Shown piece after piece: positions 31,823-41,972 of a stretch of 64,000 nt of DNA (its first letter is position 1; the number at the start of each line of letters is the position of its first letter). The stretch comes from Candidatus Latescibacterota bacterium (GTDB lineage Bacteria > Latescibacterota > UBA2968 > UBA8231): assembly GCA_965248265.1 (NCBI GenBank), contig CBDFJF010000002.1:1504001-1568000 (forward strand), written 5' to 3'. Below the pieces are notes generated by a model. It made no database searches. It saw only the letters and a program-made list of their open reading frames with translations, and was not told the origin of the DNA. Position numbers and translations under genes: made by a program.

Positions 31823-32119
31823 ATGGAAACCGCCGCCCTGATTGCCGCACTACTGCTGGCTCTGATTAGTGGGGTAGCCAAGTTCAGCAGCAGTTTGCAT
31901 CTGAGCAGGCTGCGCCGACAGAACACCGAGCTGATGAATGAGCGTGATCTCCTGCAGGGACAACGCTCGGCGCTGGAGACGGCACTGGTGGACGTACAGA
32001 AAGAGGCGCGTGACTTGGGCAACGAGTGCAGGTCGCTCTCGGACAACCTGAGGACTGTCGAAGTGGAGATCGAGAGACTCACGGACGAGGCAGATCATCC
32101 GATCGACGACGGTCACTAG
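31823..32119 (+). CDS. Small protein, N-terminal TM plus coiled coil
   Basis: Same architecture; 12 bp after the previous stop. Confidence 0.7.
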   Translation: METAALIAALLLALISGVAKFSSSLHLSRLRRQNTELMNERDLLQGQRSALETALVDVQKEARDLGNECRSLSDNLRTVEVEIERLTDEADHPIDDGH

Positions 32120-32132
32120 TACGCAGGCCGCA

Positions 32133-33017
32133 ATGACAGCGAAAATCTACGCCGTCCTCTGGATCGCGATAGCCGCTGCGGGCGTGACCGGCATGTACAA
32201 TGTCTACGCCCTCGTGATCTCGGTGAGGCACATGAATCTGACGCGCGAGGTCGAGTTGGAGATGCTCAGCTGTCGCCGCTACGAGATGGATTTCGTGGCT
32301 ACCGAGGATACGAATCTGCTCGACAAACACGCAGCCGCATTCGAACGGGTCGCTGGCGGGGCGCGGCGTCTCGAGGTCGCTATACCGGATGTTTCGGTGC
32401 TCCGTCACCTGGAGATCTACCGACTGGCCTTTCAGGATATGGTCAAAGCCATGACGGAAGTGGGGTTGAGCGAAGAGGACGGTCTGAGGGGCCGGCTACG
32501 TGCGTCCATTCACGACGTCGAGGAAGCGCTGCAGGGCCGGGACGATCTCGTCAACCTGGTTCTGATGTGTCGGAGGCACGAAAAGGACTTCATCATCAGA
32601 AACAAGGAAGTGAATGTGGAGAGGTTCGAGCGCAGTGCCGACGAGCTGTTGCGTGCCGTCCTGATGACTGATCTGGCCGCAGGTGGACAGTTTCTCATTC
32701 CCGACATGATCGTGACCTACCGCGAGTCGTTCAGGAGCCTGGTAGATCGTATGGTGGAAGTCGGCCTTGACGAAGGCCAGGGCCTGAGAGGCAAGATGCG
32801 TGATGCGGTCGACCAAACAAATGCGATTTTCGCGCAGCTGCACCGACTCGCAGAGGTAGAGCGTCAGCGTACCCTCAGGAGCTCTATTGGAGTCGCAGGG
32901 GTCATGGTCGCGCTGATGGGCATCGCTGCCGGATTGCTGGTCAGTGCCAGGAGGAAGGTGGTCGCTCTGCATACTGAAGCCGCCCCGAGGCCGGAAGCGG
33001 TGGACGGTGGGAATTAA
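32133..33017 (+). CDS. Stand-alone membrane sensor (HBM-like chemoreceptor ligand domain) with no signalling domain; may be truncated
   Basis: TM, ML.CRR.E.DF twice, GL.E..GLRG..R twice, TM, short tail. Confidence 0.7.
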   Translation: MTAKIYAVLWIAIAAAGVTGMYNVYALVISVRHMNLTREVELEMLSCRRYEMDFVATEDTNLLDKHAAAFERVAGGARRLEVAIPDVSVLRHLEIYRLAFQDMVKAMTEVGLSEEDGLRGRLRASIHDVEEALQGRDDLVNLVLMCRRHEKDFIIRNKEVNVERFERSADELLRAVLMTDLAAGGQFLIPDMIVTYRESFRSLVDRMVEVGLDEGQGLRGKMRDAVDQTNAIFAQLHRLAEVERQRTLRSSIGVAGVMVALMGIAAGLLVSARRKVVALHTEAAPRPEAVDGGN

Positions 33018-33033
33018 CTCCTGGATCAACTGC

Positions 33034-33234
33034 ATGTCAGTCAACTCCATTATTGACGCCAAGATCAGGGGCGCAACCAGTTCTTGGATCATCCGTTTCT
33101 ATCTACTAGCCCATGTATTGGCCGCGCCGCTAGTGGCCCAGACTCCTTCTCCCGTTCAGGTGAAGAGTGCCTACGTATACAACTTCCTCAAGTATGTGAC
33201 CTGGCAGGAAGAACGTTCCGGCTCCATCTCCTGA
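33034..33234 (+). pseudogene. N-terminal fragment of a YfiR/DUF4154 family protein
   Basis: Signal-like segment then QVKSAYVYNFLKYVTW, stop 9 codons later. Confidence 0.7.
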
Positions 33235-33240
33235 GAAATT

Positions 33241-36200
33241 TCAGAGTTCTTTGGTATTCGCCGCAGAGTCTGGAGTGATCCGAAGTTGTGGAATCGCGTC
33301 GCAGGCAGCTTCCAGGGCAGTGCGAGCTGCTTCCAGATTCCACACCTCCATCGGACCCTTCACGTCCGTGAAGTAGTCTCCGAGCGAGGCCTCAAGGAGG
33401 CTCTCCGATTCCTGGAAGACGTCGAGCGCGGCGCTGTCACCTTCAGAGAGATTATCGTGTAGCGCCTGGATCGCATCGCTCGCAGCATCCCAATCTATCT
33501 CAACGGCCAACGGCACCTGTGTATCATCCTGCCGCTCCGGAATCGCATCGCGAATTCGGTTGACGACTACGTCGAGCTCACTCTCAAGCGTAGACAATCG
33601 GGCTTCGACGTCCTGGCCGTCGCGGATGGCTGCTTCGACCTGTGCGGCCTGTTCCTGAACGGCAGTCGCACCGATCGTGCCTGCGACACCCTTGAGGGAA
33701 TGGGCGGTGCGCTCGGCTCCTTCGCTGTCATCCTTCTCGAGCAGCGCCTTGATCGTTGCGACGCTGTGGAGCTCATCTCCTTCGACGAACTGGCGCAGCA
33801 GGTTTTCGTAGAGCGCCGTTTTACCGAGCACGCGACGCAGCCCGGCCTGCGTGTCGAGGCCGGGGATATCGAAGGACCCGTTTGAAGTCTCTGTCCGTGG
33901 TTGCTGTGACGCGGCCACTTCATCCTTTTGTGCGTCCTCGATCTGGTCGAGTTGAATGAAATTGAGCAGGGCGTTGAAAAGCACGGAGGGCTCAATCGGC
34001 TTGGCGATGTGGTCGTTCATACCAGCTGCACGCGTCCTCTCGCGGTCCTTTTCCATGGCGTTCGCCGTCATGGCCAGGATTGGCAAGTCGGCGAAGTCAG
34101 GATTCTTGCGGATCTCTCTGGTGGCGGTGACTCCGTCCATCACCGGCATCTGCATGTCCATGAGGACGACATCGTAGTCGGTCTCGCCGACCATGCGGAC
34201 GGCTTCCTCTCCATTCTCAGCGAGATCCACTTCGAGGCCAGCTTCTTTGAGCAGTTCCATCGCCACCTGCTGGTTGAGTTCGTTGTCTTCGACCAGCAGG
34301 ATCCGTGCCCCCGCGATCGAGCCGATGCGATCTTCCCAATCCTCGTGTTGTTGTTCCTGCTCGGTAGCGACGGCGCCGCCAAGGGCACGAATGGAAGCAT
34401 CGAATAGTTGTGATTGGGTAACCGGTTTCGTAAGGACGGTGCGGATGCCGGCTTGCTCCGCTTCGTTGACCACCTCGGACCGGCCATAGGCCGTCACCAT
34501 GACCCTTTGCGGTTCGTGTGCAGCACCCAGCGCTGCGATTCGCCGGCCGGCTTCTATGCCATCGATGCCGTCGAGTTTCCAGTCGAGGAAGACGATATCG
34601 TAGGGATCACTGCCGCTGTTTTGATCGCGGACAGCGTCGACTGCCTCCTCCCCAGAGCTGACGACGTCCGCTCTGAAGGACATGGAAGTCAACATCGTGG
34701 ACAGGATCTCACGAGCGCTGTCGTTGTCGTCCACCACCAGGACACGCCGATCTCTCAGGTCGGGGTCAGGTACCCGGTCACGCCGGGAGGTCGCTGCCTT
34801 GCCAATCCCAGCCGTGAACCAGAAGGTGCTGCCCACACCCTGCTGGGAAGCCACGCCGACTTCCCCGCCCATCGCTTCAGCCAATCGTTTCGAGATGACC
34901 AGACCGAGTCCGGTGCCACCGTACTTTCGGGTGGTGCTGGTATCGGCCTGAGCGAAGGACTCGAACAGCTTGCTTCGCTGCTTCTCGGTCATGCCAATTC
35001 CGGTGTCCTCGACCTCGAAGCGGACAAACAGATCGCGTTCCCGCTCTTCCAGGATCCGGGCGCGCACGACGATCTCACCCGCTTCGGTAAACTTGACCGC
35101 GTTGGTGGCGTAGTTAATCAGAATCTGGCCGATTCTCAGCGGGTCTCCAATCAGATTGCCGGTCAGATTCGGGTCGACGTCAAAGATCAGCTCCAGTCCC
35201 TTGGCAGACGATTTCTCCCCAATCAGGCTGGCTACATTATCAAGAACCTCTTCGATATTGAACTCGATCTCTTCGATTTCGAGCTTTCCAGACTCAACCT
35301 TCGAAAAATCGAGGATATCATTGATGATTCCCAGCAGATGCTGGCCAGAGCTGTGAATCTTGGCGACGTAGTCCTTCTGTTTGGCATCGAGGTTGGTTCT
35401 CAACGCCAGATGGGCCATGCCAATGATGGCGTTCATCGGAGTCCGAATCTCGTGTGACATGTTAGCGAGAAAATCGGCTTTCGTCTGTGCCGACGATTCT
35501 GCGGCCTCACGAGCCGCCTCGGTCGACACTGTCATGCGATTGAAGGTGCGGACGATGACGAACATCAGGACGAGACCGACCATGAGTGCAATGGTGCCGA
35601 TACCGGAGACGATGTAGGTGCTCAGCGTGTTGCGTTCCTGCAACTGCGGACCGATGGTGTCCTGCACTCCTTTGATGTCGAGCTTTACGTCCTCGACGTT
35701 CTTGGCAATTTCTGGCCCCAGGCGGTCCAGAGTTTCAGTGATGATGGAGTTGCGCTCGAAGATTATGTCGACCAGGTCTTCGAACGTCGTGCGGTATTCG
35801 TCGAACGCCACCAGGACCGAGAGGAGCATTTCCCGCCGGTGTTCGTTGTCGAGGTCGCCGTCGAGAGTGTCCAGGCGCTTGTCGACAGCCGTGAACTCTC
35901 TGCGCACACGGTCGACGGAGGCCTGATCGTTGTTGACGAGGAACTTGGTCACGTAGAGACGTGCCAGCAGGAGGTGTTTCATCGCCAACCCGGCGTGGAA
36001 AGCGGCCGCCATGTCGTGGCTCTCCTCCGCCGAGGTCATGATCGCCGTGAGGTTTACCTCCATGTACGGTCCGCGAACATCGAGGACCTTGAACACCGCG
36101 TCGTTGCGGCGCTCGCGCAGGGCGACAACCTGATCGAAGGCGTCGACATAATCCCTCAGGTTGAAGGCGACATTGTCAATCTGGGCCGCGCGTTCCTCCT

Positions 36201-36531
36201 TCGTTATCTCCTGCTGTGCCTCCTCCAGGAATCCGGCCATTCTGCGGTAGTAATCGGCGTACTGCTGCAGGTCCTTGTAGCTGCCAGTGATGATGAAGTC
36301 CTTCACGTTCATCCGGACCATCAGCATGTTGGCCTGCAGGCGGCCAGACAGGTTGGCGTCTCGAGCCATTTCGCGATAGCGGGTAAACCCGGATGAGGAA
36401 GTATCAATCACGTAATAGCTGATGCCTGATACCCCACTCAAGAGAACGAGGACTGCCGTAAAACCCCAGATCAGTCTGCGTCCCGCGGACGCAGACTGGG
36501 CTTGCCCTATCATCTGTCTGAGTTTCAGCAT
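33241..36531 (-). CDS. Unorthodox hybrid kinase (HBM-like sensor, HisKA, HATPase, REC, REC, HPt)
   Basis: [47 protein letters not shown]. Confidence 0.95.
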   Translation of the reverse strand: MLKLRQMIGQAQSASAGRRLIWGFTAVLVLLSGVSGISYYVIDTSSSGFTRYREMARDANLSGRLQANMLMVRMNVKDFIITGSYKDLQQYADYYRRMAGFLEEAQQEITKEERAAQIDNVAFNLRDYVDAFDQVVALRERRNDAVFKVLDVRGPYMEVNLTAIMTSAEESHDMAAAFHAGLAMKHLLLARLYVTKFLVNNDQASVDRVRREFTAVDKRLDTLDGDLDNEHRREMLLSVLVAFDEYRTTFEDLVDIIFERNSIITETLDRLGPEIAKNVEDVKLDIKGVQDTIGPQLQERNTLSTYIVSGIGTIALMVGLVLMFVIVRTFNRMTVSTEAAREAAESSAQTKADFLANMSHEIRTPMNAIIGMAHLALRTNLDAKQKDYVAKIHSSGQHLLGIINDILDFSKVESGKLEIEEIEFNIEEVLDNVASLIGEKSSAKGLELIFDVDPNLTGNLIGDPLRIGQILINYATNAVKFTEAGEIVVRARILEERERDLFVRFEVEDTGIGMTEKQRSKLFESFAQADTSTTRKYGGTGLGLVISKRLAEAMGGEVGVASQQGVGSTFWFTAGIGKAATSRRDRVPDPDLRDRRVLVVDDNDSAREILSTMLTSMSFRADVVSSGEEAVDAVRDQNSGSDPYDIVFLDWKLDGIDGIEAGRRIAALGAAHEPQRVMVTAYGRSEVVNEAEQAGIRTVLTKPVTQSQLFDASIRALGGAVATEQEQQHEDWEDRIGSIAGARILLVEDNELNQQVAMELLKEAGLEVDLAENGEEAVRMVGETDYDVVLMDMQMPVMDGVTATREIRKNPDFADLPILAMTANAMEKDRERTRAAGMNDHIAKPIEPSVLFNALLNFIQLDQIEDAQKDEVAASQQPRTETSNGSFDIPGLDTQAGLRRVLGKTALYENLLRQFVEGDELHSVATIKALLEKDDSEGAERTAHSLKGVAGTIGATAVQEQAAQVEAAIRDGQDVEARLSTLESELDVVVNRIRDAIPERQDDTQVPLAVEIDWDAASDAIQALHDNLSEGDSAALDVFQESESLLEASLGDYFTDVKGPMEVWNLEAARTALEAACDAIPQLRITPDSAANTKEL

Positions 36532-36554
36532 GATCCCTCGAAAGCGTGGTAACG

Positions 36555-36570
36555 TGTTGCCTTGGCAACA
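36555..36570. promoter_or_regulatory. Palindrome TGTTGCC-TT-GGCAACA between divergent kinase genes
   Basis: Perfect 7-bp arms; function inferred from position only. Confidence 0.45.
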
Positions 36571-36780
36571 ACTTAGACGCGAAACTCGATATTATAGACA
36601 AAAGTGACCCCGATTGCCAAACCAAGACGCTCGGCATCTGCGCGTGCCCAGGACCGAGGAGTCGCCAGGCCCGGTGATGGCTCACACGCCAGCCTGCACG
36701 TAGCTTTTCGGTCGCGTGGTGAACCACTTCACTGGGTATCACAAAGAGGGTCTCAGCTCGGGGACCAGATCGAGGCACAT

Positions 36781-39459
36781 ATGACGCTCAGGCAAAAGCT
36801 CATCGGTACTCAGGCGCTGGCTGTGATCGCGGTATTGCTCGGGATGTCCTTCTATTACCAGTACAGCTCCCTGGCGGCGGAGCGCGAACTGGCAGACAAG
36901 CTAACAGCGACCGCCGATCTACTGGCCCAGAACACTGCAGCCGCAGTCGTGTTTCTCGACCCGGAGACGGCGAGCGAGATGCTGGCGTCGCTGCGGGTCG
37001 AGCAGCATGTGATGAACGCGTCCATCTACAACGAGGCCGGCGAGGTTTTCGCCAGCTACCAACGTGAGGACGTAACCGAGTTTTCCTTTCCTGCAGTGCA
37101 GACGTCCGGTACGACGCTCACCGAGGACCAGTTTGAGCTCTTCCATCCACTGACGTCTGGAGGCGTGTCGGTCGGCACCGTGTACCTGCGCTCGAACTTG
37201 ACGTGGCTCGAGACAAGGCGTCGAGAACTCCTCCAGCAAACCGTCATTCTACTTTGTCTCGGTGGAGGGATCTCCACCCTTTTGTTGTTGTTGTTGCAGC
37301 GATCGATCGCTGGACCCCTGCGCCGACTCTCGGAGGCCAGTGCGCGCGTTGCCGAGAGCAGTGAGCACACCCAGGTGGAAGGTGGTGGTACCGACGAATT
37401 GGAGGCTCTGGCCACGGCCTTCAACCAGATGGTGTCGCAGGTGCAGGCTCGAGACCGCTCATTGCGGGAAGCGCGCGACACACTTGAGCAGCGCGTGGAA
37501 GAGCGCACGACGGAGCTGCGGCAGGCCACGGAAGCGGTGCAGAAGGAGCTCGACGGCCGTCTCGCGGCCGAGGAACGCATCCAGGCGCTCGTTGACTCGG
37601 CGGCGGCGGGGATGCTGGTGGTCGATGGCCAGGGCCGGATGGCGCTCGTCAACGATTACTTCGTGTCCATGTTCGGCTACGAGCGCGACGAACTGATCGG
37701 GCAGCCTGCCGTGATGCTGGTTCCGGATGCGGCGCGCGAGATCCACGAGGGGGAACTGCACGATTTTCTGGATGACCCCGACGACCCTGGACAGGGACGG
37801 TTGAGGAGCCTGCACGGACGCCGAAAGGACGGCAGTGAGCTGCCTCTCGAGATCGGTATAGCGCCCATGGTCACGCAGGAGGGCACGTTCGTGTCGATGG
37901 TCGTCATCGATGTGACCGATCGCAAGCGGGCGATGGAGGAGCTGAATGCGGCGCGTGACCTGGCGGAGCGGACGAATGCGGCCAAGAGCGCCTTCATGGC
38001 CAACATATCGCACGAGCTTCGCACGCCGCTCAACGGCATCATCGGTGCCGGGGAGATCCTGCAACACGGTAGTTTCGGTCAGCTGTCGCCACAGCAACAC
38101 GAGTATGTCGGCACCGTGCTGGAGAGTGGACAGCAACTGCTCAAGTTGATCAACAACATCGTCGATGTGGCGAGGATGGAGTCCGGCGAACTGGCACTGG
38201 CACCGGGGGCGGTCGACCTAAAGAGGGTTCTCGGCGAACTGGAAGAATCCTTCGGCGTGCGCGCGGCCGAAAAGGGATTGGCGTTCAACATCGACCTCGA
38301 CGGAGAGGTGCCGCAGGCGATCGTCATCGATGGGCACAGGCTGCGTCAGGTGCTTGGCAGCCTCATCGACAACGGTATCAAGTTCACCAAAAGGGGTAGC
38401 GTCCTGCTGCAGGTGAAGAGCAGCACCGCTGCTGAGATAGGACAGTGCAACCTGACCTTCTGTGTGCGTGACACGGGCCCCGGCATCCCGGACGATCAGC
38501 AGCAGGGCATCTTCGAGGCCTTCGGGCAGCGCGAGGGCCAGAGTATCAACGAGTACGGTGGGGTCGGAGTCGGCCTGGCACTGACACGACGTATCGTCGA
38601 CAGCATGGGAGGCACAATCCATCTGCAAAGCGTCCTCGGCGTGGGCTCGACCTTTGAGGTCGTCCTGACCGAGGTCCCGACGGCGTCGTTGGAGGAGATC
38701 GCCGAGGAGGTCCCCCACGTCGACGCAGATCGCGTCACCTTCCACGCGGCAAAAGTGCTGGTGGCGGATGACGTGCACACCAACCGGCACCTGATCAGGG
38801 GGTTCCTGGAGACCTACGGTCTTGCGGTAGTGGAGGCGGATAACGGCGCCGAAGCGATCGACGCGGTGCGTCGCGAGTCGCCGGACCTGGTGCTGATGGA
38901 CGTCAAGATGCCGGTCCTCGACGGCTTCAAGGCGACGGAACGGCTGAAGGCGAACGAGGCGACGCGAGAGCTGCCCGTCATAGCCCTGACGGCGTCGGTG
39001 ATGCGTGAGTCGGAGACAGAGATCCGCGAGCTGTTCGACGGCTTCCTGCGCAAGCCGGTCGGCCGCGATCACCTCGTGGAGGAGTTGGCGCGCTTCCTCT
39101 CAAACGAAGACGCTGCCGCAGGGGAGGAGTTTGGCGCAGGCGCGGAGGGGCCGGTGTGGTCACCTGATACCCTGGACGATGCGATGCGGGCGCGGTTGCC
39201 GGAGCTGCAGGAGGTAGTGGACGGGGAACTGCAGACCGAATGGGAGGAGGCCAACCACACACAGATTCTCAACAATGTGGAGGCCCTCGGCGAGCGCGCT
39301 GGCGAGCTTGGCCGGGAGTACGGGTTCGAGCCGCTGCGCGACTGGGGCGAGCGCCTGCAGGTCCAGGCCAGCACCTTCCAGATGGACGCGATGCCGAAGA
39401 CGCTGGAAGAGTTCCCTGGAATGGTGTTGCAGTTGAGAGCAGCGGTGGAGGGGGCGTAG
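36781..39459 (+). CDS. Hybrid sensor kinase (CHASE8-like, HAMP, PAS, HK, REC, helical tail)
   Basis: LAQNTAAAVVFLD...ASIYNEAGEVFASY, DELEALATAFNQM, SHELRTPLN, LMDVKMP; ATG 36781 with GAGG upstream. Confidence 0.92.
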   Translation: MTLRQKLIGTQALAVIAVLLGMSFYYQYSSLAAERELADKLTATADLLAQNTAAAVVFLDPETASEMLASLRVEQHVMNASIYNEAGEVFASYQREDVTEFSFPAVQTSGTTLTEDQFELFHPLTSGGVSVGTVYLRSNLTWLETRRRELLQQTVILLCLGGGISTLLLLLLQRSIAGPLRRLSEASARVAESSEHTQVEGGGTDELEALATAFNQMVSQVQARDRSLREARDTLEQRVEERTTELRQATEAVQKELDGRLAAEERIQALVDSAAAGMLVVDGQGRMALVNDYFVSMFGYERDELIGQPAVMLVPDAAREIHEGELHDFLDDPDDPGQGRLRSLHGRRKDGSELPLEIGIAPMVTQEGTFVSMVVIDVTDRKRAMEELNAARDLAERTNAAKSAFMANISHELRTPLNGIIGAGEILQHGSFGQLSPQQHEYVGTVLESGQQLLKLINNIVDVARMESGELALAPGAVDLKRVLGELEESFGVRAAEKGLAFNIDLDGEVPQAIVIDGHRLRQVLGSLIDNGIKFTKRGSVLLQVKSSTAAEIGQCNLTFCVRDTGPGIPDDQQQGIFEAFGQREGQSINEYGGVGVGLALTRRIVDSMGGTIHLQSVLGVGSTFEVVLTEVPTASLEEIAEEVPHVDADRVTFHAAKVLVADDVHTNRHLIRGFLETYGLAVVEADNGAEAIDAVRRESPDLVLMDVKMPVLDGFKATERLKANEATRELPVIALTASVMRESETEIRELFDGFLRKPVGRDHLVEELARFLSNEDAAAGEEFGAGAEGPVWSPDTLDDAMRARLPELQEVVDGELQTEWEEANHTQILNNVEALGERAGELGREYGFEPLRDWGERLQVQASTFQMDAMPKTLEEFPGMVLQLRAAVEGA

Positions 39460-39503
39460 CCCATGGACCAGACGTGTCCTGCCGGGAGGATGGCCACCAG
39501 ACC

Positions 39504-41744
39504 ATGACCATTCGAGCGAAGTCCTTCCTGATCTTCATGCTCCTTGTTGCCGGCCTGCTGGTCGTGGTGTGGCAGACCTCGACGTCGATCTTGCTCGAAG
39601 ACTATGTCGCCCTCGAACAGGCCAAAGGTGAACAGAATCTGGAGCGTCTCAGGCGGTCGGTCGGGCAGGAGCTGTCGCAGATGGACCGGACAGCGAACGA
39701 TTGGGGCTCCTGGAACGAGACCTACGAGTTCGTCGCCGATTTGAATCCGGAATACATAGCGCAGAACATCACGCCAACGACCTACGATTCGTTGGGGATC
39801 ACTCTCAACCTGGCCCAATACCTCGACCTGGAGGGGCGTGTCGTCTTCGATCGTGGTTTCGACTTCCACCGTCACCAGTGGGTGGCAGCAGCGGATCTCA
39901 GCGACCACCACACTGAGGAGGGCCTCCTGCGCCCCCTCGCGCTGGACGAGGCCCTGTCGGGAATAGTCATGGTCGATGAGGGTCCCATGCTGACGATCGT
40001 GCGGTCGATCCTGACCAGCGCCGCGGAAGGTCCCAGCCGGGGCCGCATCGTCATGGGACGCTTGCTGGATGACAACGTGGTTCAGCATCTGGGCAGAACG
40101 ACGAGACTCGATGTCGTCGCCCACGAGTGGAATGCCGTCGACCTGCCGCCTGACGTCGAGTCGGCCCAGGACGAGCTGTCGAGCAAGACTCCGACGTCCG
40201 TCCAGTTCCCACGAGACGACTTAGCGCACGGCTATCTGCTGATCGACGACATCTACGGCGAGCCGGCGGTGATCCTAAAGGCGACGATGGATCGCGAGAT
40301 CTATCTCAGCGGCAAGTCGACGATCGAATTCCATATCGTGCTGCTCCTGGCGGGCGGGCTGGTCTGCGTCCTCATCTGTATGCTGTTCCTCGATCGGACC
40401 GTGCTGGTCCGACTGACTCGGCTGGTGAGCCAGGTCAACCAGATACGGGAGGACCGCAGCATTCGCATGGAGGCGCCTGGCAACGACGAGATCTCCGTCC
40501 TCGCCCGGCAGTTGAATGTTATGCTGACGGCCGTCGAGCAGGCGGAGGCGAACCTGCGCGAATCGAACCAGTCTCTGGAACGGCGAGTCGAGGAGCGCAC
40601 CGAGGAGCTGGCCGGCCTCAATAGACAGCTCGAGTCGGAGATGGTCGAGCGCAAGGCGGCCCAGCGCGAGGCGGAGGAGCAGGCCGAGGTGGCAGAGAAG
40701 GCCAATTACGCCAAGAGTGCCTTCCTGGCAAACATCAGTCACGAAGTCAGGACGCCGATGAATGCGATCCTCGGCTATTCTGACATCTTGCAGCGTGCCC
40801 TGACCGATCCACAGCAAAGGGGCTATTTGAGCTCCATCGACAGCAGCGGTCGGACCCTGATCAGCCTGCTGGAGAGCATCCTCGACTTCTCGAGGCTGCA
40901 GTCCGGCGATCTCGTCCTTGACACGTCCGCAATGCAAGTGCGAAGCCTGATCACCGATCTGGACCGATCGTTCGAGTCGGAAGCCGAAGCCAAGGGTTTG
41001 TCCTACTCCTCCAGCATCGCCGAAAACATCCCGGATGTTGTGCTGATGGACGAGAGTCGGGTCCGGCAGGTGTTGCTCAACCTGGTTGGAAACGCCATCA
41101 AGTTCACCGGATCCGGCACGGTGACCCTGCAGGTGACGGCTTCGGAGGATGCCTCAGGTGCGACGATCGTCTTCTCGATCCGTGATACGGGGATCGGGAT
41201 TGCGCCGGATCAGCAAGAGCGAATTTTCGGTGCCTTCGATCAGCAGGCCGGTCAGAGCATCAACGAATATGGTGGTACCGGCATGGGCCTCGCTCTGAGC
41301 AGGGGCCTCGCGACGTTAATGAATGGCGAAATTACCGTGGCGAGCGAACTTGGTGCGGGCAGTGAGTTCACCGTGACGATTCCCGGGGTGGAGGTGATCA
41401 CGCGTCCCACAGCTCCGCAGGAGATCGAAACTGATCAGGGACAGGTCAGCATCGATGTCGAGCTCTCAGATGACACCATCGCCGGGCTACCCGACCTGCT
41501 CGAGCGTCTGCAGTCGCAGACAGCGACGTTGGACTCGTTGACCGAGACGCTGACGATCAACGACCTGGAGTCGTTCGCGCGGAGCATGTCCAGCATGGGT
41601 CGAGAATTCGACTACCCACCCCTCGAGAACTGGGCGAACATCCTGGCGGAGCAGGTCCGTGGGTTCGACATGGACGCGATCCCGCACACGCTCCAGGCGT
41701 ATCTGGATGTGCAAGAGGCAATCAAAGCCCGTGTGGGTCGGTAG
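39504..41744 (+). CDS. Sensor kinase (CHASE4, HAMP, HK, helical tail) with no receiver domain
   Basis: DWGSWNETYEFV, ILTSAAEGPSRGRIVMGR, NDEISVLA, SHEVRTPMN, GNAIKFT. Confidence 0.92.
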   Translation: MTIRAKSFLIFMLLVAGLLVVVWQTSTSILLEDYVALEQAKGEQNLERLRRSVGQELSQMDRTANDWGSWNETYEFVADLNPEYIAQNITPTTYDSLGITLNLAQYLDLEGRVVFDRGFDFHRHQWVAAADLSDHHTEEGLLRPLALDEALSGIVMVDEGPMLTIVRSILTSAAEGPSRGRIVMGRLLDDNVVQHLGRTTRLDVVAHEWNAVDLPPDVESAQDELSSKTPTSVQFPRDDLAHGYLLIDDIYGEPAVILKATMDREIYLSGKSTIEFHIVLLLAGGLVCVLICMLFLDRTVLVRLTRLVSQVNQIREDRSIRMEAPGNDEISVLARQLNVMLTAVEQAEANLRESNQSLERRVEERTEELAGLNRQLESEMVERKAAQREAEEQAEVAEKANYAKSAFLANISHEVRTPMNAILGYSDILQRALTDPQQRGYLSSIDSSGRTLISLLESILDFSRLQSGDLVLDTSAMQVRSLITDLDRSFESEAEAKGLSYSSSIAENIPDVVLMDESRVRQVLLNLVGNAIKFTGSGTVTLQVTASEDASGATIVFSIRDTGIGIAPDQQERIFGAFDQQAGQSINEYGGTGMGLALSRGLATLMNGEITVASELGAGSEFTVTIPGVEVITRPTAPQEIETDQGQVSIDVELSDDTIAGLPDLLERLQSQTATLDSLTETLTINDLESFARSMSSMGREFDYPPLENWANILAEQVRGFDMDAIPHTLQAYLDVQEAIKARVGR

Positions 41745-41972
41745 GCTGCAAGCTCGTCTCTGAGCTGGGCGCCGACGCCCTCGATGGCCTGCCGATCCCA
41801 AACGAACCGGGCAAGGGCTATTTCGATCTGGACGAGACGCTGAAGATCAAGAAGAAGATTGCCTGGCGAAGCGAAGCTACCGTTGGGCCGCGTCGGTTTC
41901 GCCAGTGACGTCTATCAATGGATGCGCAAGAACCACAGAATGGAGGTGGAGTCCCCGCTCTGTGTAATAATA

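Noticed and set aside
18475-41744. Canonical chemotaxis or flagellar cluster
   Set aside because: No CheA/W/R/B, MCP signalling domain or flagellar structural gene is present
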